Notes under the pieces: model-generated
The model's database searches: none
What the model was told of the DNA's origin: nothing
Seen by the model: the letters and a program-made list of their open reading frames with translations, nothing else
NCBI GenBank assembly: GCA_051294375.1
Contig: CM119267.1
Span: 14,935,694-14,999,693 of the forward strand
Direction: 5' to 3'
DNA from: Paraspadella gotoi
Lineage: Eukaryota; Animalia; Chaetognatha
Length of the DNA stretch: 64,000 nucleotides
Made by a program: the position numbers and the translations under genes
In this document: one piece after another, positions 1 through 19,759 of the stretch
Numbering within the stretch: the first letter of the stretch is position 1
Layout of the letters: each line of letters opens with the position of its first letter

Positions 1-97
1 TAAACGCAGTAAAAATCGTAAACCTGTCACGAAATAATAATAAAAAAATCGAAACGAAAAGTGACGAAAAGTTAGCTCACGAGGGGGCGGGGCAACG

Positions 98-6793
<6,696 letters not shown>

Positions 6794-8087
6794 TAGTTTT
6801 GCTGTTGAATTATTGTGATAATTTATTTGTATATAATACGTGATAATATTTGTTTTATTTTATCATCTTTTTATTTTTTTATCTTTTTACATGTACATTG
6901 AGGGAGCACATTAATTAATTTTGTAAAATAAAAAAATTGTATGCGTATTTTCAAGAATTACTGATCAGAAATTTTAGTCAACTAGCAACTAAATTCTGTA
7001 TATTTTCCGGCGCTAAAAAGGAATGGCTAATTTTTGCAGTTTGTATTTGCCTTCATTAAATTTATAGGTCAAGGAAAAACGAAAGATCGAATCTTGAAAA
7101 TGGCACCATTTCTTATGGCGCCATCTACAGGAAGTGAAATCTTTTCCAAATTCGGTTTTTTCTCTCAAAATTTGTTGCGTAATTTATGTTTGAATCATAA
7201 AAATTTATTCAAATTGATTGTTGTCATTTTATGTCAGTAATGAAGCTGACATTCGAAATTTCGTCACAGTTTTTACGTTGTTCTTTTGTTTAATGTAAAT
7301 AGTGAAATAACTTTTCCGAGTTAAAGGGTTTAACCGTAAAAGTCGTCTACCTTCTGGGAAAATAAAAAAAGAGTGAAAAAAGTAAAAACTTGAGTTTGTT
7401 TTTTGACAACAAAATTTCGATCTTAGGGACCAGATTCTTTTTTTAGAAGTTCCAGGCGGAGTGCGAAGATGATGACGATGATAGTGACGATGACGAAGAA
7501 TATGACGATGATGATGAATGTGACGATGATAACGATATTTTAGATTATGACTCGATGATGACTGAAGAATTGACGATAGATTTTTCTGGAAATAGATATT
7601 AATCTATGTTTCGTTAAATTTGAATTTAACCATGAAAACGATATCAGGCGCGCCATGAGACAAGATCACCGGCGCCACCTCCTTTCCCACAACAACAACG
7701 ACAACAAGACGAGACAGGACTGGCCTCAATATTCTTGGCGTGGTCTCCCGGAAGATTTTTTTTTCTCTGACCGGTCGCACCGATTCCAAAGTCGGAAAGA
7801 AAAAAAAAATCGTTGGCGGACTGGGTTCGGTAGTCCTTCTGTTTGTTTCACACTTTTTTCTTTGACTCTGACATTTGATATCATGATTTTTTACCTTCCG
7901 TTTGGAGAGGCGGACGTCGTCGTCATCGTTGTCGTCGTCGTCCTCGAGAAAAGTATAAAAAGGGAGGTTGTATTGAGATGCGACATCAGAAAAGCAAGAG
8001 TCTCTTTCCATCGACGAAATAAAAGAGAAAATAATTCCATTTCCAAAAAAAAAAAAAAAAAAAAAACAAAAAACAAAAACATCGAGA

Positions 8088-8276
8088 ATGAATCGGATTT
8101 TGTTTTGCGCCGTGTTCGTGGCGGCGGCGGCGCTGACGTCGGCGGCGCCAAGAATTTCTAGGTAAGTTAAACGTGTTCTGACCGATCTCAGATCTCAGAT
8201 CTCAGATCTCAGATCTCAGATCTCAGATCTCTTTGTAGTTAACTCTCTTTTCTCTTTCACTTGTTCTTTTTTTTAT

Positions 8277-8346
<70 letters not shown>

Positions 8347-9071
8347 CTTTGGTTTAAAAAACTCGGCGTAAAGCATCTACTCCTATTTTCAATATCAATA
8401 TCAATATCTCTCTAACACACAGCGACATCGCGGCGCGGGCGACCGACTTGGCCACGTCCGTGATCCACTTGACGGAGTCGGCGACGCGGAATCCGTCGGT
8501 GGAGCAGTTCGACGCGGCCATGAACGACCTCGTCAAGAAATACATCGACTTCGAACAGATCGTCGCCAAAAAGTGATTTTAACGTTTGATTTGTACATTC
8601 AATGATTGAGTTTGAATGAACATTTAAATAGTTTATGTCCTAATTGGTGAAAAAATGGAAAAAACTGGAAAAAATGGAGAAAAAAAAGTTAATTAAATGG
8701 ATTTATTGATGGATTGACCGGTACGTTTTATTGACTTTTCGCTTTTTAACTTCTTAGATACATAGATTGAGTTATGGAATGATGAATCGCTAAATTGTTT
8801 CGTTTTCAACTCGGGCCTTTTTTTTTCGATCCTCTCCGCAAGATACGTCGACCTGACGGGCGAGAAGTCGGACTCTGACGAGGCCTTCAAGGCCTACTAC
8901 GAATCCGTGGACAAGCTGTGGCACTCGGCGCTCGGGGACAAAGAGGGCGCTGACGTCTCGGTGGCGGAATTGGCGGAGGCGGCCAAATACATCGCCGAGA
9001 AGATGGTCGGACTCATTCCCTCGTTGAAGGAAAACGCGGAACACCTCGATCAACTCTTGGCCCACGGCGAG
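8088..9071 (+). CDS. Shared exons 1-3 of a secreted prepro-protein (signal peptide plus predicted helical pro-region)
   Basis: Exons 8088-8161 (MNRILFCAVFVAAAALTSAAPRIS, donor GTAAGT), 8423-8572 (DIAARATDLATSVIHLTES...FEQIVAK) and 8843-9071 (YVDLTGEKSD...LDQLLAHGE, donor GTGAGC, phase 0). Phases match across both introns. Confidence 0.85.
8183..8232. repeat. (GATCTCA)n heptamer tandem repeat in intron 1
   Basis: About 7 consecutive perfect copies. Confidence 0.9.
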
Positions 9072-9731
9072 GTGAGCCGCTTGAAGGGAGGTTTCTCAAT
9101 CACTCGCTCATAAAGGGCTTTTCTCCTTTTTCTCTATATTCTTACTTCTGTTCTTGTAAAATCGTTCATTTCTTCGCTCGTTCGTCCGTTTGTTCGTTTA
9201 ATCCTTTAAAAGTTTATATGGTAGACGGCGAGAGACAAAATAATAACCTTCTGTACATAATCTATCTTAATTCTCATTACATTCATTCAGCGGATCACGC
9301 AAATTTTACTTAACTATACGTTAGCAAATATAGCACGCTCAAATATTCGCATAGAATTTATAGAGAAATACTATATCAGTAGTACGTTAGCATTTAGTAA
9401 TAGAATTTAATTCTCTTGCCGCTTGAATAAAACATTTTACGGGATATCATCCGGCAGAGTATATCAAATGAGCATGTTAGCCGAAGATATATAGTTTTTA
9501 GTGTATCCGGCAACTTTGATCGATTTCTTTTTTACATTCCGCAGAATTAAATTTCTACGAATTAGCATTTAAAATACTCATTTCGTTTTACTCATAAACA
9601 TATTTTTAAAAAAAAGACAAAAAATTCGTTCATCGTTGCCTTCGTAGATATAAATAGATTAAAGATAATTCTCTATGTATACATCGCTTCTTTTCCCACT
9701 CATTTCGTGATAATTATTCGTGAATCACAAG

Positions 9732-10108
9732 GTGATGTTTATCATCGCCGACGACGCTCACCACGTCGTCCATCCTTCACACGGAGCCAACAACGATGAC
9801 GACGACGACGACGATCACGAAGAGGCGCCGACGTCACGCGGACATCTTTTGGGCCACGCGCGGGCGTCACGGACACCATCACCACGGACACCACGGTCAT
9901 CATCACGGTGGTCACCACCACGGACATCATCACGGACACCATCACAACAACATCTTCTGGCCGCCCGTCACCACGGACATCACGGACATCACCATCATCA
10001 TCACGGACACCACGGACATCACGGACACCATCACAACAACGTTTTTTGGGCCGCTCACGGCATCACGGCCATCACGGCCATCACGGCATCACTGGGGCCG
10101 CTGATTGA
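9732..10108 (+). CDS. Alternative terminal exon A of the prepro-protein: His/Gly-rich peptide (frameshifted as assembled)
   Basis: AAG|GTG acceptor, phase 0, VMFIIADDAHHVVHP...DDDDDD, then KRRRR-HADIFWA...HGHHHHGHH...NNIFW/NNVFWAAH spread over three frames by small indels. AATAAA at 10356. Confidence 0.7.
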
Positions 10109-10517
10109 TTGATGCTTTTTCCGCTTTTTTTTAGTCGAATGGATTTATTAGTAATTTAGTGCCTTTATTGTTAATTGCTTGTACGTATATATATATATGT
10201 TCCTTGCCAAACAGATTTGCTTGTTCCGAGAGCTATCACCTGTGTTTGATCCTGATCCGCACGTAACCGCATTTACAATTTAGTATTGTAAAGCAAGAAC
10301 AAATAATTTCAAGCCGCCGTTGATGCGTCATAACTTAATTTTTCTAAATGTTTTCAATAAAACAAAACAAAAAATTAAGTTACAATATTTTGATTACACT
10401 TGAGTTATATCTAAGTAGTCATAGAATCTAAATATTTAAATTTTAAGACAAATCATCTAAAATATGAGGTAATCTTTAACCTTTGTACACTTCCCTAATT
10501 TCTTTGTTCTTCGAAAG

Positions 10518-10853
10518 GTGATATTTATCATCGCCGACGATGCTCACCGCATCCTTCACCCGGAAAGAAATCACAACGACGACGACGACCAAAACGACAA
10601 CGACCACAAACGGTCGAGGCGTTGGGCCCATCACGGGCACCCCCAGGGCCACTGGCCTTACAACATCTTCTGGGCCGAGCATCAGTGGGGCCCCTACGGG
10701 CATCACTGGACCGGTCATCCCCATCACCATCACTGGGGCCATCACGGTCACCACGAATGGGGTCACGGGCATCACGGGCATCATGAGCATCATCATGGCC
10801 ATCATCATGGACACCATGGACACAACGACATTTTCTGGGCCGCTCACCATTGA
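10518..10853 (+). CDS. Alternative terminal exon B: His/Gly/Trp-rich peptide
   Basis: AAG|GTG acceptor, phase 0, intact frame VIFIIADDAHRILHP...DDDD...KRSRR-WAHHGHPQGHWPYNIFWAEHQWGPYG...DIFWAAHH*. AATAAA at 10940. Confidence 0.85.
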   Translation: MIFIIADDAHRILHPERNHNDDDDQNDNDHKRSRRWAHHGHPQGHWPYNIFWAEHQWGPYGHHWTGHPHHHHWGHHGHHEWGHGHHGHHEHHHGHHHGHHGHNDIFWAAHH

Positions 10854-11225
10854 TCGGAGATTTTCTTTTTCCTTTTTTTTTAGCAGAATCTACTATGGGC
10901 CTATCCTTTAAAATAGTTGACTTTTTTTCCTTATCTTAAAATAAAACATTTTAAAGACTCTTCTTCAATGATTTTGTTATCATTTCCGAAAGGAATTCAG
11001 TTTTTTCTCGCTTTTTAAACTCCCATTTCTATATTAAAGATCCTTATTTGTGACCGAGAATTCGTGTGGCATTTATTAACAGTTAATCCAAAGATTGAAC
11101 GGATTTAGAATTTCCGAATGGAAAACTGACATGTGATATTTTTTTAAAAAACCTCCGCTTTGAGTGATTCGCTTCTTGCGCTTGACCTTCCGACCAGCTT
11201 CTCACTTTTTTTAAACAAGGAAAGA

Positions 11226-11326
11226 ACTAAACTAAGCTAAACTAAACTAAACTAAACTAAACTAAACTAAACTAAACTAAACTAAACTAAACTAAACTAA
11301 ACTAAACTAAACTAAACTAAACTAAA
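11226..11326. repeat. (ACTAA)n pentamer array upstream of terminal exon C
   Basis: About 20 near-perfect copies ending ~65 bp before the acceptor at 11393. Confidence 0.9.
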
Positions 11327-11393
11327 CAACCAAGAAATCATTTTTTCTATTCCATACAAACAATAAATTTCTAAACATTTTCGTCGCAACAAG

Positions 11394-11804
11394 GTGGCGT
11401 TCATCCTCGCCGACGACGCCCATCGTCTCTTCCACGAAGACGACGACGACTACGACGACGACGACGAAGTCACGAGGCGCGGGAAGCGTTGGGCGGGACA
11501 CGATCATCATCATCGTCACCATCATCGTCACGAAGGATGGCCGTACAACATCTTCTGGGCCGAGCATCAATGGGGTCCGTACGGTCGTTACTGGACGGGG
11601 CACCGACATCACGGACGTCATTATCATCATCACGGACGTCATAATCATCACCATCACGATCACCATGATCATCATAGTCATCATTACGATCACCGTCATC
11701 ATAATGATCATCATAGTCACGATTACGGTCATCATCACGGTCATCATCATGATCATCATCATCACGGACATCATTATTCCCATCATGGTTTTCACAATTA
11801 CTAG
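11394..11804 (+). CDS. Alternative terminal exon C: His/Asp/Tyr-rich peptide
   Basis: AAG|GTG acceptor, phase 0, intact frame VAFILADDAHRLFHEDDDDYDDDDEVTRRGKR-WAGHDHHH...WPYNIFWAEHQWGPYG...HHGFHNY*. Confidence 0.85.
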   Translation: MAFILADDAHRLFHEDDDDYDDDDEVTRRGKRWAGHDHHHRHHHRHEGWPYNIFWAEHQWGPYGRYWTGHRHHGRHYHHHGRHNHHHHDHHDHHSHHYDHRHHNDHHSHDYGHHHGHHHDHHHHGHHYSHHGFHNY

Positions 11805-12499
11805 AACAAGGATGAACGATTTGAGAAAAGTAGCATGCCTTGACATCGTTTTGTTCAATCGTATGTTTTTTTTCTTTGATATCAATACAAACTTACAAAA
11901 AAAAATATTGAACATTGATAAACTTTTACTTTTGTAACTATAGTTATATTTTTATGAAATATGTATAAGAGGGCGACTATAAATTGAGCAACGAAGCGGA
12001 TAAAAATACAGTTAAGTAACTATTTAAATGTGTGATATTAAATCACTGGGATACATTTTTAAAAATTTTGGTTTATCGTATATCTGTGGATGTCGGACCA
12101 GAGAGATATTTCTGACTACATATCGCTTTTTCTTCATTCTCGAATTTCACAACATCGTTTCTACGAATCCCTTATTCTTTATATTTACAATAATTTTGTT
12201 TCGATCTTTCTGTTATTTTTAACGATTCAAGTCAACGACCGACGAGTTTACATCCGGTTCTCTCTCTCCAATCCTACATTAGTTTTACTTTTTCCCCCCT
12301 TTCAAAGAATACATTATTTTCCGCCGACTCACGGTGCCCCCCCCCCAAAAAAAAAACTCGGGAGGGATTAATTATTCGGGAAAGAGAAGCGAAGAAAATC
12401 GCTGCTGATCGCGAAGTGCAACTTGAAAAATGACTCGAAGAACTCAAAACTTCCAAGCCAAAGATTACAGCTAAGAATGTCAGAATAGAGAGAGAGGAT

Positions 12500-12598
<99 letters not shown>

Positions 12599-13051
12599 AT
12601 AGGAGAAAGAAACGACGAGGACGACGACGACGACGATGATAAAGATGATGAAGATGACGATCTTCATCGAAGCTCTATTTTTGCCGTGGGTGGGAAAGAG
12701 AATGCGATGGCCAAGGGAAAACAAAGAATCAATGAATCTTTTCAACTCATCAACGCAAACGAAAAGCAGATAATTGAAATTTAAAATAAGGAAGTTAAAA
12801 ATGAGGGAATTTCAATTTCTGCTCATCGTAATAGCTGATCCATGCTAAAAACGACCTGCCCTCTTGTCGTGCTCTAAACGCGTTTCTACTTTCGATCTCT
12901 CGACGAAAAATAGAAGTTGTGGCCGTCGATCGATGTTGTTCGTTCGGCCGAGTCTAAACTCGCACGAAATCGATTTTTGGACATAAATGCGTTATTTTTT
13001 TTATTTTTTACCAATCGTTCGCCCCTTTCAAAAATTCTAGAGATTACATCA

Positions 13052-13127
<76 letters not shown>

Positions 13128-13247
13128 TCTCTCTCGTTCTCATTTCATTCCTTTGGACTATTTCCAGAAGAAAAAAAGTGCGAAAGAAATTCTCGCGAGA
13201 AAAATAAGAAAATTCTTTCCCTATCTCTCTCAGATTCTCTCTTTCGG

Positions 13248-13334
<87 letters not shown>

Positions 13335-16079
13335 TTCTTCTCTCTTTCTCTGTGTTTTCCTCAGTGTAATTACAGAGTCGAAAACAAGCTCGGCTTGTAT
13401 ACAGAAAGAAAAAAAAGATTTTTCTCAAAACCGGGAAAACCCCGAGTTATGAGTGAGATTTAGCTTTGTGGATTTTTTACGATTTTTTTTTTGTTACCAA
13501 AAAATGAGCCACCCAAAGAAATTGGAGCGAGTCACGTGATTTCAGGCCATTTTCGTTTTTCTTCAAGGATTTCAATTCACACCACAAACGCACACAAACA
13601 AAAACCAATCGATCAAATTTTAAGATATCGATGAAAACCCCAACTACGAGGAATACGAGGAACTCTGAAAATTATTTCGATCCCCCAAAATGCTACAAAG
13701 AGTCGGAACGTTGACTGTATACATCGCGGAAAGAAGGTAAGCAAACCTAATCTTATTTATTTTTTATTTATAATATAGGAACCGTTCATTTTTCATAGTT
13801 GTAGAAAAAATAGGAGTTTATTATTTAATCGCATAATGTTAATAAAAAAGAATTTTATGTCCGTGAAAGTACTCTTTCAGACCCAAATAATGTGTTAAGC
13901 CGCGATAACTTCGATAAAAAAAAACTCCATAAGTCCTGAGTAAACATTTTTTTTATCGATTAAGAAAATATTTTTTCCCGGTTTGCTTTCTTAGAAAATG
14001 TCAAGGCGACCGATATGTATCACGTCGTAATCAAAATTTAGTAAAGATTACACGTTTTTGCATGTCTTAGCGAATTTAGTTCCGTCAATTCTTTTTTCTA
14101 AAATTTATTTTAATTTAAGGTTATATATATAGCTAACCAAAAACTGAATTTAATTGATAAAAATACCTTTTTTTGAAATTATTTCAAACGATATTCGAAG
14201 TTTTTTAACTTTTAGGGGGCATTGAGAACATCACCGCTCTAAAAACATAAGACTCGGAGAAACTCTTTCCTTTTCTGCCATCTGTCGGTTTTTCGAAAAA
14301 CAAATTGCAATGGAGGATGCTCCTTTGAGAATCTAGAAAACCAAAAGCTCTCAATCCTACTGTATCAACGAAAGAAAGGAGACGTGGTTTAAATAGGAGA
14401 AATTAGAGAAGTTTTATTAACATTAAACACACAATGTGATAACAAAAATTGAGGGAGATTATGCAGAATAAACAGACTGTAAACAATTACAATAAATAGA
14501 AATTGATGTTGATTTCGTGAAGGTAAGTTGAAGAGTGATCAAGTTCTCTCTCCCCTTTCCCTGCCTTCGGTTTCCTCTGGGAAACCTCCTCTCTGATTGG
14601 TCAATCAGAAGAAAAGACAGGAAAGCCAAGAAATGCAAACCATTTTGTCTATCATATCCATCTACAGGTCCATTTCCTGCGATGATATTATAACAGAAGA
14701 AGCCTCTTCACAAACCTCTTATTAACTTCGAAAATATACAATTATTTTTTAATTGTTTTTACTCTTTGACGAACGTTTATTCCATTCAACGCAAATCTTC
14801 TGTGAAAACGAGATATCACTAATTACCAACACTTTTGTTTTTTAACTTAACACATTCTTACTCAATTTGTCATCATCCTCAACCTCCCTAGACTGCCACC
14901 CGTCAACCGCCCTCATTTCTCCACCTCCCCCCTCATCCCAACTTCCCCATCGTTCCCCCCCCCTCACCCTCCCCGCCTTCGTGAGATTTCCCTTCCATCG
15001 ATTCTCAATCAGAATTTATTGTTTTTCATTAACCTACGTAAATCCGCGTTTCCTCCTCTCCTTCCTCGGAGATCTGTTTTCATTTTCTTCTTGTGTTTTT
15101 TGTTTTGTTTTTTGTTTTTTTTTATTTCTGTCGTCGAGATTCGAAGTTAAATTGAACTTAAGGAAGGGTCCGTACTTAGGAAGGAGTGTCTGCGGACTTT
15201 TGGTCCCGCCTGTCTTTTGTTCGCGTTTTTTTTCTTCCGCGGTCTGGTTTAAAACTAAAAATGGGTCGTTAATCGAAGCCATGTGTTTTATAAAAAAAAA
15301 GACTGTGTGAAAGCGAGAAAAAGCCCTAGGAAGATTAGTTGAACGTTTAATTTTAATCTGAGCTTTTATTTTTTTTTTTAAATTCAATAAACGTTTTGCA
15401 TCAGAAAAAAAAATTAACCAAGTTAAATTTTTTTCATGATTTTTTTTACCGGACTTACAGCGGATATCCCTGTCTGTACAGGTGAGTAGACTATTTTCAT
15501 ACAACTGATCCTGTGATCCATGACGCCTAAGCGTGAACGGATCTCCTCGCTTCGTGGATATCAGATCACATCGAATCACAATTATTCGAAATATTTTATT
15601 TTTTTCGAAATTTCCACCCGCAATATTCGGTGCAGGAAAATTATTTTACCCATGAGGGTTCGATTAGACAATAGTAAAAAAAATTGCTTGAATGCATTTT
15701 GATCTCTTTTAATTTAAAACATTTTATAAAGAATGTTCCCTGGATGAACCTCACTGTATTGTTTTGGCACCTGAAAAGCACCTAATTTGTTTAAATTATT
15801 GCACCACTTTATCAAATTTTCGTAATAAAAAAATAACATGCCGAGAAATGAATGCTTATAATAAAATTTTCAAGATTATTTGTATGTATAAATGATATAG
15901 TTAAACCCTATCACGGGGGGGATTTCTTGGAATTTAAATTTAAATTTCTCTCGGCGAATCGCTATTATATTTATAATATTAATAATTCCAGTTGGTACAT
16001 AAGTCGGTGAAATCGGAAAAATCGATGACGATCCACAAATGAGTCGCAAGGACTGTGAATTTATGAGAACGAAATGCAT

Positions 16080-16159
<80 letters not shown>

Positions 16160-16205
16160 AGGACCGAGATTGGTACCTAAAGACGCCATCTATATGTTTA
16201 ATTCT

Positions 16206-16256
<51 letters not shown>

Positions 16257-17393
16257 TCTCTCCTCTCTCTTCTCTCTCTCTCTTCTCTCTCTCTCCCTCC
16301 TCTCTCTCTCTCCCTTCCTCCTATCTCTCAGCCCAAGTATAGCTATTGTCGATCAAGTCGTACAATTGTTTCTCTTTGACCGGTGAAAAATACTCGACAC
16401 CTGTAGCCTGCGAAAGTAAATACAGCTCCCGAAAAAGATTGTCCGGGGATTAAGAAAGAGTAAAAAAAAAAGTTAACAAAACCGAAGAAGCTCAAGAAAG
16501 CCTTTGTTGTCGGGATTTGAAAGTAAGCCCGACTCTTTCGTGAAAAAAGAGAGAGATGCGTTTGTTGTCTTCAGTTTCTCGCGATTCAATTATAACCGGC
16601 GTTTTCTTTTTTCCGTGCCGTGTAGCACTGGTAGAGGCGTTGACAATGTCTGAAAACAATTACAGAATTGGAGACTGTACAAGTCCTTAATTTTTTACAA
16701 GTATTTTTATTGATTACAGTTTCAAATCAACAACGCGTATCAGAGTCCGAACGAGAACAAAACAGAACATTCCCAATTTTTTAAAAATTTTCTTCCTCCA
16801 AGAAATTAATTTTTTTCTTGTTGGGCTTCAAATATCAAATCTGCTCCAATTGAAGAAAAAAAAATGGAAAGAAAAAAAAAAGTCTAATACGTCCAATGAG
16901 GCCAAAGCCTTTCAACTTCTTTTCGATCCACACAACCTTTTTTTTCCTAAATTTTATATTTGGTTCTTTTGAAGGGTAGCCGTTTTTTTTAATATTTAAC
17001 ATAATAGTTCAACTTGGATTTTTCTTGGTACAGAAGTCTCGATATTCTGAGAAAAAACATTTAATCGCTGCAATTCAATCTTAGTAATGAGTTCTTCAAT
17101 GGGAAATGTTTAACTTCTCCCAACAATCGAGCCATCGAACAAGTTTATTACTTAACAACGAATGAATTCCAAACTTTAATCGTGAAATCTCAGCGCGAAT
17201 TGCTAGACAAATCGTCGGATGGCAACGACAAATAATCTCCTCTATTTTTTTTTTTCGTTTTCTTTCTTCCTTCGTTTTCTTTTTTCTCAAATCAAACGAA
17301 GACGATAAATTATGTTGAATAAATTTCCCCGCCTTCCCGAGCGCAATCATTTCTTGTTTCGTGAAAGGTCTTTTATCAAAGGACGCTGGCACG

Positions 17394-17738
17394 AAACACG
17401 CCCTTTGTCACAGGAATCACCTTTTTAGGCTTTTATCACTAGGAAGACCTTCTGTCAGTGATTTCGCAAAATACGCCCTTTGTCACAGGAATCACCTTTT
17501 TAGGCTTTTATCACTAGGAAGACCTTCTGTCAGTGATTTCGCAAAATACGCCCTTTGTCACAGGAATCACCTTTTTAGGCTTTTATCACTAGGAAGACCT
17601 TCTGTCAGTGATTTCGCAAAATACGCCCTTTGTCACAGGAATCACCTTTTTAGGCTTTTATCACTAGGAAGACCTTCTGTCAGTGATTTCGCAAAATACG
17701 CCCTTTGTCACAGGAATCACCTTTTAGGCTTTTATCAC
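17394..17738. repeat. 75-bp minisatellite, about 4.6 near-identical copies
   Basis: Unit aaatacgccctttgtcacaggaatcacctttttaggcttttatcactaggaagaccttctgtcagtgatttcgca; no spacers. Confidence 0.95.
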
Positions 17739-18319
17739 AAAAAATAACAGACTTCGTTCAAATCACTCGATTCACCGAAATCACGATGAATCTCTGAATC
17801 TCGGAAATCATGGAACGCAATCCAATCTCGGGAATCGCTTCAATCTTTTTTCTCCGCCTCGCAGGGAGAAAAAAAAATCGAGATCGAGGCTCTCAACTTT
17901 TCACCGAGTCAAAAACCGGAAATCCGCGCCTTTGCACATGCGCAAATCGCGTTACAATTTTCGCTCTCGTTCAGATTCTTCGTCATGAAATAGTGGAATT
18001 CATTTATTATTTCTCAATAAAACAAAAATTTATGAAACTGTAATAGTATTCAATAATCCATTAAATAACAATAGCAGATAATTTGTATCTTGCAAAAAAA
18101 GTTTGTGAAATGATAAAAAGAAACGTTTTTACTGTAATAGCGAGCACGGGCGCTCAGTTGTGGCTTCATAGCGTGATTCTTTTCAAAACCAAAAAATGCT
18201 AAGATTTGTGACGAAAATAAAAACAAATAGAATGTGCGCGAAAAAAATCTTCACGTAGATTTTTGCGACGATGGAAAACAGTTTAGGATAAAGGTTTTCG
18301 TTATTTGACATGAAGCGGC

Positions 18320-18363
18320 AAATAAATAAATAAACAAATAAATAAATAAACAAAATAAATGAA

Positions 18364-18458
<95 letters not shown>

Positions 18459-18460
18459 AT
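18320..18460. repeat. (TAAA)n microsatellite
   Basis: Direct reading. Confidence 0.95.
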
Positions 18461-18787
18461 TAAAAAATAAATTAAAAAAATCAATAAATAAATCATCAAT
18501 CGCAGAACTCTTTTGCAAAATTTAGTCACAAAGTTTTATCGAATCATCATTGGCGAAATTCGATTCCAGTGCTCGATGCTAATTCTACATTCAATTGCAG
18601 CATCAAAATGCAACATTGCAGTACAAAATCGTATCATTTGTATTATCCTCAATTAAGAAAATGTCTCAACGTTTCGTGTCTCTTTGCGGAAAAAAAATGT
18701 TTGGAAGGAAATTCCGATTTGGGAGATGAAATTGAAAAGAGGTTGAGGCAACCCGGACCTCTAATCATCGACCCATCAAGATTCTTT

Positions 18788-18912
<125 letters not shown>

Positions 18913-19688
18913 TTCCCTTCATCTCGGCCGATTCCCCCTTTGCACTCAAAAACAACATCGAAAAATATCAAGAACAACAACGATTATTCTCTCTCGCTGT
19001 CAACCTCGTGGCGTCATCGACCCGCGATTTCCTGACCAATGACGACGTCGACCAACAGGAAACGGTGACTCTGTTGGTCATGAGTCAACGATTAGCGCCT
19101 CAGACAAGGAGAGTGACCGTTAAAACCCAACTGGAGACTCACCCATCAGCATCAACAATCAATTTTAATCGAAAAGTTGTCCTCAAAAGTCATCAAAGTG
19201 AATTTTGTCGCCTACGCCAAACGTAGAAAACCACTAATTATATTTTTGCCTCTCATTGGGTGCTGTTTCATTGTTATTGATCCGCAGATCGATCGAACTA
19301 CCCTAATCTCCGTCGGAAAATTTCAGTACATGCGGCCCACCCTAGTCAACGGACCCTTTTGTTATTTAAATTCGAATAAAAACACAATTGAGGCGAGCTT
19401 CTTTTTTTCCCCCGCGGATGAGAAGATTGTCTTTCTCAAATTTTTTCTTTTCTTTTTCTTTTTTTTGTTTCTATTTTTTTTATATCGTTAAGGCGAATCT
19501 GGGAAAATCCGATTACTTCCGTTTACAGTCTTTTTCGATTTGCGTCGATGAAAGTTTGTACTCGTTTCTCTTGCTGACGATCGCTTGTAGCTTTGATTAC
19601 TTTGTAGTTTCTTTTTTTTTTTGCGCCGTTCTTAGTTTCTTACTACTTTTCTTTCTTTTTCTCTCTCTTTCTTTTTTCTTTCTTTCTC

Positions 19689-19759
<71 letters not shown>

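Noticed and set aside
7448-7603. Acidic exon-like frame KFQAECEDDDDDSDDDEEY...
   Set aside because: Explained by a degenerate (GAT/GAC)n microsatellite; no upstream exon to join.
14361-14695. Possible solo LTR (TG...CA, CpG-poor, minus-strand AATAAA)
   Set aside because: No target-site duplication and no second copy in the window.
17394-17738. Possible CRISPR array
   Set aside because: Head-to-tail identical units with no unique spacers, eukaryotic context, no cas genes.
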